NCBI GenBank assembly: GCA_029259185.1
Contig: JAPDJF010000026.1
Location: 1 to 43,978 of the forward strand
Direction: 5' to 3'
Source: Hadesarchaea archaeon
GTDB taxonomy: Archaea > Hadarchaeota > Hadarchaeia > Hadarchaeales > WYZ-LMO6
DNA: 43,978 nt
A program made the position numbers and the translations under genes. The first letter of the stretch is position 1; each line of letters begins with the position of its first letter. Positions 37,639 to 43,978 of the stretch are shown piece by piece. The notes below the pieces were generated by a model. The model was given only the letters and a program-made list of their open reading frames with translations. It ran no database searches and was not told the origin of the DNA.

Positions 37639-38142
37639 ATGAAGAGACCATCGATGGACGAATACTTTCTGGAGCTCGCCAAAGTGGTCAGCCTGAGGGC
37701 CACGTGTCTCCGCAGGAGGTTCGGAGCTGTTATCGTCAAGGATGGGGTGGTGCTGAGTTCCGGGTACAACGGGGCTGCACGTAAGGTCAAAGATTGTCTC
37801 GAATTCGGTATCTGTCTCAAGGACTTGGCGGGGGCACCCCACGGCGGAGGATATGACCTCTGTCCGGCCGTCCACGCCGAGGCAAACGCCATCGTGAATG
37901 CTGCTAGGGCTGGGGTCAGCATCTTGGGGAGCACGATGTACCTCTACGGACAGGACCTGCAAGGAAATGTGGTCGAAGCCACCCCGTGCACATTCTGCCG
38001 CAGGTTGCTCATAAACTCTGGGATCGACAAAATCATCTATAAGAAGTCCGATGGCTCTGTGGGATGCTATGACATCAAAGAATGGATAAGGGACGAATCG
38101 CTAGACTACCAACGGAAGATCCAACTCCATCGAGAGAAGTAA
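37639..38142 (+). CDS. dCMP deaminase family protein
   Basis: RPS.DEYF, TC.RR.FGAVIVKD, GYNG, HAE.NA and PCTFC. Confidence 0.9.
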   Translation: MKRPSMDEYFLELAKVVSLRATCLRRRFGAVIVKDGVVLSSGYNGAARKVKDCLEFGICLKDLAGAPHGGGYDLCPAVHAEANAIVNAARAGVSILGSTMYLYGQDLQGNVVEATPCTFCRRLLINSGIDKIIYKKSDGSVGCYDIKEWIRDESLDYQRKIQLHREK

Positions 38143-38143
38143 A

Positions 38144-38836
38144 CTAAGAAAATCTGCTATCCTCGGGATACTTCGTGTACACGTAGTCCAAGAGTTCCCT
38201 AAGCCTCATTTCGTTAAACTTCTTAAGTCCGATCATGGACTTCCTTAGCCCTTCGGGCATGTTCTTGAAGATTTCCTCGGCTACCTTCTTCCCCTCGGGT
38301 GTTAGGGAGTAGAGCACGGGCTCCAGCACCTCCCTTTCCACCCTCACGAGTCCAGCGTTCTCTAGCTCGAGCACATCATCGGGTATCCCATCCGAATAGG
38401 GTCCGTGGAGGTACGGGAGGAACCGGTAAGGGATGGATCCCACTCCTCGTTCTTTCTTGAGCAAAAACAAGAGCTTCTGGAGTCTCACCCCTCCCTCCAC
38501 GCTCCCCCCCATCGCGTACAACATCGTGAGGATCCACTTCCCCTTCTCCTTCAGTTTTTCCGGATCGGCCATCCTCGGCTTCGCGACTAAGGAAGTCTCA
38601 AGCTTCAGCACCATAGCCACCCTCCTCCCCTCAGGGGTCAGCTCAAGCGTCCTCCTGAAAGGCCACTCGTCCGACTCTCTCTCCGCTATCAGACCCTCTT
38701 CTAAGAATTCCCGAATGCGCATCTCCACGGTCAGCGCGCTCCCACCCACCTCAGATTGTAGTTCCCTGACGTGCTTGGGTCCCTTCAACAGGGCGAGCAA
38801 TATTTCGGGCCCCTTGCTCCTCCTGATCCTGTACAT
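38144..38836 (-). CDS. Tandem winged-helix protein (N-terminal wHTH + YwgA/DUF4065-like domain), putative regulator of nrdGD
   Basis: N-terminal EILLALLKGPKHVRELQ...EGLI...LTPEG; C-terminal GGVRLQKLLFLL...F.PY.HGPYS...LE.AGLV...YSLTPEG. Divergent from nrdG. Confidence 0.75.
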   Translation of the reverse strand: MYRIRRSKGPEILLALLKGPKHVRELQSEVGGSALTVEMRIREFLEEGLIAERESDEWPFRRTLELTPEGRRVAMVLKLETSLVAKPRMADPEKLKEKGKWILTMLYAMGGSVEGGVRLQKLLFLLKKERGVGSIPYRFLPYLHGPYSDGIPDDVLELENAGLVRVEREVLEPVLYSLTPEGKKVAEEIFKNMPEGLRKSMIGLKKFNEMRLRELLDYVYTKYPEDSRFS

Positions 38837-38846
38837 CCCGAACTGT

Positions 38847-38864
38847 GTTACATAAATCGTAACG
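38847..38864. promoter_or_regulatory. Palindromic operator 1, GTTAC-N7-GTAAC
   Basis: GTTACATAAATCGTAACG lies immediately downstream of the minus-strand TATAAA (38865-38870) and upstream of the regulator start. Confidence 0.65.
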
Positions 38865-38938
38865 TTTATACCTTACTCTCGTATTTTTTCCTCCGTCATA
38901 TTTCACCGCTATACAATTACATTTAAAACGTGTTACGC

Positions 38939-38956
38939 GTTACAAAAATGATAACG
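38939..38956. promoter_or_regulatory. Palindromic operator 2, GTTAC-N7-ATAAC
   Basis: GTTACAAAAATGATAACG is 15/18 identical to operator 1. It lies downstream of TTTAAAA (38922-38928) and upstream of nrdG. Confidence 0.65.
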
Positions 38957-38972
38957 CATGGAGGTCGTTTGA

Positions 38973-39728
38973 GTGGGGGTTGCGGTGAAGAAAGAGGTTC
39001 TAATATCTGCCCCGAGCACCAGACCCGTTTTCAAGGGGATCCAGAAACTCTCCCTCCTCGACTATCCAGAGAAGATGGCAACCATCGTCTTCGTTGGAGG
39101 GTGTAACTTCAGGTGCCCGTTCTGCTACAACGCGGAGCTTGTCTTGAACTCCCCAGAGCTACCGTCGGTTCCCGAAAGCGGGATCCTCGAGTACCTCGAA
39201 AACAGGAGGGAGTGGCTAGATGGGGTTGTGATAACGGGGGGAGAGCCGACAATGTACCCCGAACTCCCCGACTTTCTCCAGAAAGTCAAACGAATTGGGC
39301 TAGAGATCAAACTCGATACCAACGGCTCGAACCCGGGGATGCTCGGGGAGCTGATGAGGGAGGGGCTGGTCGACTACGTGGCCTTGGACGTGAAAGCACC
39401 TCTACGCGAGGAGAAGTACGGAGAGGTCGCTGGAGTCCCGAACATGGCAAGGCTCGTCGAACGAAGCGCAAAACTCCTCCTCTCCAGTCAAATCGAGTAT
39501 GAACTCAGAACCACCGTAGTCCCGACCCTCCTCGAGGAGAACGATGTGCTCGAAATAGCCGAGCGAATAAAGGGGGCCAAGCGATACTACCTACAACAGT
39601 TCAAGCGGGCGACCACCCACTTGGATGAAAGGTTCTCCAAGATCGAACCCTACCCGCTTGAATTTCTGAGAGATCTGCAGAAAAAGGTCTCAAGCTACTT
39701 CAAGATTTGCAAGGTGAGGGGTGGATGA
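38973..39728 (+). CDS. nrdG: Anaerobic ribonucleotide reductase activating enzyme
   Basis: SLLDYP, GCNFRCPFCYN, TGGEPT, KLDTNG and RTT. Directly upstream of nrdD. Confidence 0.92.
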   Translation: MGVAVKKEVLISAPSTRPVFKGIQKLSLLDYPEKMATIVFVGGCNFRCPFCYNAELVLNSPELPSVPESGILEYLENRREWLDGVVITGGEPTMYPELPDFLQKVKRIGLEIKLDTNGSNPGMLGELMREGLVDYVALDVKAPLREEKYGEVAGVPNMARLVERSAKLLLSSQIEYELRTTVVPTLLEENDVLEIAERIKGAKRYYLQQFKRATTHLDERFSKIEPYPLEFLRDLQKKVSSYFKICKVRGG

Positions 39729-42700
39729 GCGAGAAGATAAAGAAGATCAGGAAGAGAGACGGCCGGATAGTGGACTTCGATAGGGAACGTATAACCAACG
39801 CGATATTCAGGGCAGCAGTAGCGGTCGGTGGTAAAGATAGGAGGGTGGCGGAACTCCTGACCGACGATGTGGTCAGGATCTTAGAGGAGGAATTCGTGGA
39901 CGAAATCCCAAGTGTGGAAGACATCCAAGATGTGGTGGAGCGTGTCCTCATCGAGCATGGACACGCGCGTACCGCCAAAGCCTACATCCTGTACAGGAAA
40001 CAGCACGAGGAACTCAGGAGGATTCGGTCGACGTTCATAGAGGTGGAGCGCATCGTCGATGACTACCTGAACCAAGCGGACTGGAGGGTCAGGGAGAACA
40101 GCAACGTTGGATACTCCCTCTCGGGACTCATGCTCCACATCGCAGGGTCCGTGATCGCGAACTACACGTTAGACAAGGTTTATCCCATGGAAGTGGCTGA
40201 CGCCCACAGGAACGGTGATTTCCACCTCCACGACCTCGGGATGGGTATCACTGCTTACTGCGCCGGGTGGAGTTTAGGCCAGCTCCTAGCGGAGGGGTTC
40301 AATGGGGTTCCCGGCAAGGTGTCCTCCAAACCCCCCTCACATCTCGATACCGCCCTCCTGCAAATGGCGAACTTCATAGGATGCTATGATGACCGGACGG
40401 AGATCCTGACCCGGGAAGGATGGAAGCTATTCGAAGAGCTCTCGTACGAGGATGAAATCCTCACACTCAACCCGGAAACCTATGAACTCGAGTACCAGCG
40501 TCCGACTAGAATTTTCAAATACGACTACGACGGGGAGGTGATCTCCATCAAAACGAAGTCGATCGACTTGCTCGTTACCCCGAACCACAGGTTCTTCGTC
40601 GAGCGCCCGAGCAAGGCGGGGGGAAAACTCATTTTCAGAAAAACTTTTACAAGAGCCGATAGGCTGAGAAGCGCGGACAGGGCTCCGAGGACGGGCTATT
40701 GGAACTGTAGGGATCAGGATTACTTCGTCCTGCCGACCATGGAGGAGCGCAAGGGGGAGGAGTCGAGCCGGGGGCGAGTCAGGCACTTGTCTGAGATCAA
40801 GATCCCAATGGACGACTGGCTCCGTTTCCTTGGGATATACCTAGCTGAGGGCTCGATCCACGCGGGCGGGGATGGAGAAGGGAAAGGGACGAATTATCTC
40901 ATCAGGATCACCCAGAGGGATCCAGAGAAGAGGGGAAAAATCCGGGAACTTCTCCAGAGGCTTCCTTTCAAGTACTATGAAACTTCCCGCGATTTCATAA
41001 TTTTAAGCAAACAGCTCTGGACATACCTGAAGGAACTGGGAAAGCCCCACGAGAAGTATATCCCCCAGGAGTTCAAGGAGTTGCCGCCCAAGAGGCTCTC
41101 GATCCTTCTGGAATGGATGTTAATGGGGGACGGAAGTTACTACTCGAGGGATGGCCTTCGGGAATATGTGACAACTTCCAAGCGGCTGGCGGACGACGTG
41201 CAAGAACTCTTCCTCAAGGTCGGAAAGAGTGCCTCGGTACTGAGGCAAGAAAAGAAGACGATGATCTCTCCTATGGATGTTCGCCCGCACCGCACCAAAC
41301 CGCTATACCGGGTGAGAGAACACAAGTCGAAACGCAGCGTGTTGAAGAGCCAGAAGAAGGGGGAACCCAGCCGGAAGAGAACCCACTACAAGGGGAAGGT
41401 TTACTGCGTCGAGGTTCCAAACCACGTAATTTATGTCAGACGGAACGGGAAACCAATCTTCTGCGGGAACAGCCTCCAGAACGAGTGGGCGGGTGCGCAG
41501 GCGTTCAACTCGGTGGATACCCTCCTCGCCCCGTTCGTGCGGAAGGACGGGCTGAGCTACCGGCAGGTGAAGCAGGCGATCCAGCAGTTCGTGTACAACC
41601 TCAACATCGCTTCCCGCTGGGGAGGGCAGACCCCATTCACCAACATAACCCTCGACCTCACGGTTCCCGAGGACTTGGCAAGGCAACACGTCATCATCGG
41701 CGGCAGGCTCGGGGATCGAACCTACGAGGAGTACGAGGAGGAGATGGAGCTCATAAACCGGGCTTTCATCGAAGTGATGTTCGAAGGGGATATGAAGGGA
41801 AGGCCCTTCACTTTTCCAATCCCCACCTACAGCCTGACCCGTGATTTCGAGTGGGACAACGGGGTAGCTACGCCCCTCTTTGAAATGACCGCCAAGTACG
41901 GCCTCCCGTACTTCCAGAACTTCATAAACTCGAACCTGAAGCCGAGCGATGTGCGCAGTATGTGCTGCAGGCTGAGGCTCGACCTGACGGAGCTGAGGCG
42001 CAACGTGACGGGGGGATTGTTCGGATCCGGGGACAAGACGGGATCGATAGGGGTGGTGACCATAAACATGCCGAGGCTTGGATACCTCTCCCGGGATGAG
42101 GACGAGTTCTTCGAGCGCTTGGAGCACATGATGGAACTCGCCAAGGTGGCCCTCGAACACAAGCGCGAGATGGTAACTAGGAACATGGAGAGCGGGATCC
42201 TCCCGTACACGAAGCGGTACCTAGGAACCTTCAGGAACCACTTCTCCACCATAGGCCTCGTCGGGATGCACGAGGCCTGCCTGAACCTGTTCGGGAAGGG
42301 AATAGACGAGGAGGGGGGGAAGGACTTTGCCGTCAAAGTGCTCAAGTTCATGCTCAAACGCATCGCCACCTTCCAAGAGGAAACAGGACACCTCTACAAC
42401 TTAGAGGCGACTCCAGCGGAGGGGGTAAGCTACAGACTGGCCAAGATAGACAGACAGAAATACCCGAAGATAATCACCTCAGGGGAAAGGGTTCCGTACT
42501 ACACCAACTCCACTCAGCTCCCAGCGAACTCGGGGCTTGACCTAATCGATGCTCTCAGACACCAAGAGGAACTCCAAACACTTTACACGGGTGGAACGGT
42601 CTTCCACATTTACCTAGGGGAAAGCCTGGAGGACGGTGAAAGCTGTAAGAACCTTATGAGGAAAGTGGCATCCAAAACCAGACTCCCGTATTTCACCGTA

Positions 42701-42877
42701 ACCCCCACGTACTCGATATGTAGCGAGCACGGGTTCATATCTGGGGAAAGACACTCATGTCCCTCATGCGGAAAGGAGACGGAAGTGTACTCTCGGGTGG
42801 TTGGGTACTTCAGACCCGTGAAGAACTGGAACGCCGGGAAGCAGGAGGAGTTCCGTCAGAGGGCGATGTATCATTGA
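39725..42877 (+). CDS. nrdD: Class III anaerobic ribonucleoside-triphosphate reductase with ATP cone, intein-containing
   Basis: ATP cone (IRKRDG), YCAG, QNEWAGAQA, PFTFP, SMCCRL, EATPAE, YTNS, CxxH/CxxC Zn site and the glycyl-radical YSRVVGY motif. Confidence 0.96.
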   Translation: MSEKIKKIRKRDGRIVDFDRERITNAIFRAAVAVGGKDRRVAELLTDDVVRILEEEFVDEIPSVEDIQDVVERVLIEHGHARTAKAYILYRKQHEELRRIRSTFIEVERIVDDYLNQADWRVRENSNVGYSLSGLMLHIAGSVIANYTLDKVYPMEVADAHRNGDFHLHDLGMGITAYCAGWSLGQLLAEGFNGVPGKVSSKPPSHLDTALLQMANFIGCYDDRTEILTREGWKLFEELSYEDEILTLNPETYELEYQRPTRIFKYDYDGEVISIKTKSIDLLVTPNHRFFVERPSKAGGKLIFRKTFTRADRLRSADRAPRTGYWNCRDQDYFVLPTMEERKGEESSRGRVRHLSEIKIPMDDWLRFLGIYLAEGSIHAGGDGEGKGTNYLIRITQRDPEKRGKIRELLQRLPFKYYETSRDFIILSKQLWTYLKELGKPHEKYIPQEFKELPPKRLSILLEWMLMGDGSYYSRDGLREYVTTSKRLADDVQELFLKVGKSASVLRQEKKTMISPMDVRPHRTKPLYRVREHKSKRSVLKSQKKGEPSRKRTHYKGKVYCVEVPNHVIYVRRNGKPIFCGNSLQNEWAGAQAFNSVDTLLAPFVRKDGLSYRQVKQAIQQFVYNLNIASRWGGQTPFTNITLDLTVPEDLARQHVIIGGRLGDRTYEEYEEEMELINRAFIEVMFEGDMKGRPFTFPIPTYSLTRDFEWDNGVATPLFEMTAKYGLPYFQNFINSNLKPSDVRSMCCRLRLDLTELRRNVTGGLFGSGDKTGSIGVVTINMPRLGYLSRDEDEFFERLEHMMELAKVALEHKREMVTRNMESGILPYTKRYLGTFRNHFSTIGLVGMHEACLNLFGKGIDEEGGKDFAVKVLKFMLKRIATFQEETGHLYNLEATPAEGVSYRLAKIDRQKYPKIITSGERVPYYTNSTQLPANSGLDLIDALRHQEELQTLYTGGTVFHIYLGESLEDGESCKNLMRKVASKTRLPYFTVTPTYSICSEHGFISGERHSCPSCGKETEVYSRVVGYFRPVKNWNAGKQEEFRQRAMYH
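40382..41470 (+). mobile_element. Intein (363 aa) in NrdD with LAGLIDADG homing endonuclease
   Basis: Starts CYDDRTEILT, block B VTPNHR, ends VYCVEVPNH.IYVRRNGK..FCGN followed by Ser(+1). Endonuclease blocks are FLGIYLAEG and LLEWMLMGDG. Confidence 0.92.
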
Positions 42878-42900
42878 ATTCGCGATCCCCCCCACCGACC

Positions 42901-42977
42901 TCCGAGGGGATACAGGGGACGGAGGCGATATCCCTCTGCGAGGGGGCAAGGTTGCCTCCGTCCTCCTCTTCTCTGGA
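42901..42977 (+). other. Long GC-rich hairpin downstream of nrdD (terminator, 3' UTR element or small RNA)
   Basis: GGGGACGGAGGCGAT (42915-42929) pairs with GTTGCCTCCGTCCTC (42951-42965), with an apical CCTCT-GCGA-GGGGG and a basal TCCGAGGGGA/TCTTCTCTGGA stem. Confidence 0.5.
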
Positions 42978-43074
42978 AATGAGTTTGGTGTCAGCAAACT
43001 AGGTTTCGGAGGAGCCTCAAAATGGATTGCGATATAGGTGCATCTAGAATTCACGGATGGGTGTGGTCCGTCCG

Positions 43075-43390
43075 CGAGCCAAACGGTGGATGGTGCCTCC
43101 CGCGGACGCGTACGAAGACCTCGTCCACATGCACCCTTCCAGCACCCGGGCTTCAGCCCGCGCATCCACCACACAGGAGCTTCGAGCAGTGCTTGATCCA
43201 ATCGAGGATCGTCGATTCTGCCGGCCAGTAGTCGAAGTGCTATCCTAGGTGGCCACTGTTTCCGCGAGTGAGAGCCCCTGAGCGTAGAGATGCAGCGCTT
43301 CGGTGATTACCTCCTTCGGATAGGTCATGTTCTCGAAACCGTCGCGCTCCACGAAGTAGCGCTTGCACTTTTGCATCGATAGCCCTGTTC
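43075..43390 (-). pseudogene. Degenerate DDE transposase fragment (IS6-like, Zn ribbon-HTH-start of DDE)
   Basis: Reconstructs as YRCK/CKRYFVERDGFENMTYPKEVITEALHLYAQGLSL...STILDWIKH...GRVHVDEVFVRVRG, with frameshifts and a stop at about 43240. Confidence 0.72.
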
Positions 43391-43508
43391 ACTTCTTCGT
43401 CACCTACCAAGTCCAGCTTCCAAGATGAATTGACCAATCTTAAATCACTCCTAATCCTAGGAAAAACCGAACTAGAAAGTTTTTTTATGTACAGATGGGA
43501 TATTTTAT

Positions 43509-43978
43509 GTGCCACCTCAAGAGAAAAAAAGTGAGAAAGCTTTTGAAGAAAGGGGACAAATCGAGGCCCGGGAGCGAGAATATGTAAGGGAGCTTTACGC
43601 TGTTTCCGCGAGATTTCTCCCCATAGAAAAAAGCCGGGTACTTTACTCCAGTATCAAGGAGACGTTCGGTGCAGACCCGCTTGAACTTCGCGATGTTAAA
43701 ATGTACAAGCGGGGTGGGTACCGACAGTCCAAGCGCAAGCAGGAGTTCATGAGGTTGGGCCGTCAGGTGGCCATCGAGCGTGGGCTCCCCGCTTACAACC
43801 GTGCGGTCGGGCTCCCGATAGGGCAAAGGCAGCTCGAGCCACTCATAATCTCGGGTACCAACATCGTGGTGGAGCAGGACGATACCCACCACATCAACAA
43901 TCCGGCGATCCAGCAGATGCTCGATGACATAAAGCGCACCGTCATCGTTAACCTTGACATCGCCCATCGGATGCTCAC
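43509..43978 (+). CDS. mcrA: Methyl/alkyl-coenzyme M reductase alpha subunit, N-terminal part; truncated by the window edge and absent from the ORF track
   Basis: From GTG 43509: MPPQEKKSEKAFEERGQIEAREREYVRELYAVSARFLPIEKSRVLYSSIKETFGADPLELRDVKMYKRGGYRQSKRKQEFMRLGRQVAIERGLPAYNRAVGLPIGQRQLEPLIISGTNIVVEQDDTHHINNPAIQQMLDDIKRTVIVNLDIAHRML. This matches the McrA N-terminal motifs GG..QS.RK.EF, RG.P.YN, G.P.GQR.L, SGT, DD.H..NN.A.QQ..DDI.RT.IV..D.AH. Confidence 0.92.
   Translation, partial: MPPQEKKSEKAFEERGQIEAREREYVRELYAVSARFLPIEKSRVLYSSIKETFGADPLELRDVKMYKRGGYRQSKRKQEFMRLGRQVAIERGLPAYNRAVGLPIGQRQLEPLIISGTNIVVEQDDTHHINNPAIQQMLDDIKRTVIVNLDIAHRML

Noticed and set aside
43485-43967. 160-aa minus-strand ORF from the track
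   Set aside because: It is the antisense shadow of the mcrA/acrA gene on the + strand.

Overview
Archaeal chromosomal window, moderately GC-rich and gene-dense. The archaeal assignment rests on GatDE, RFC, Mre11/Rad50, Tsr3, PINA, Sec61beta and archaeal-type PurA and GlyRS. A Hadarchaeota-like lineage is inferred, not proven. Most genes are housekeeping: pdxT, mre11-rad50, rfcL, the Mo/W-cofactor genes moeA-mobB-moaA, gatD/gatE, glmS with an intein, purA, htpX, glyS, and nrdG-nrdD with an intein. Several signals are not explained by the ORF track. (1) The 5' end of a divergent methyl/alkyl-coenzyme M reductase alpha subunit (mcrA/acrA) runs off the right edge, preceded by a transposase relic. 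(2) An uncharacterised tandem winged-helix regulator lies divergent from nrdGD, with two matching palindromic operators (GTTAC-N7-RTAAC), each just downstream of a TATA box. (3) A decayed CRISPR island at about 12.3-14.7 kb contains a solitary 37-bp repeat, a cas6 remnant plus a 90-bp duplicate of it, an MNT-HEPN toxin-antitoxin pair and a frameshifted TnpB/Cas12f-like fragment. (4) A frameshifted IS607 tnpA lies at the left edge, with a small deletion derivative 26 kb away. (5) Two candidate structured RNAs lie at 31.18-31.44 kb and 42.90-43.0 kb. (6) Two small genes fall below the ORF cut-off: a C2H2 microprotein and Sec61beta.
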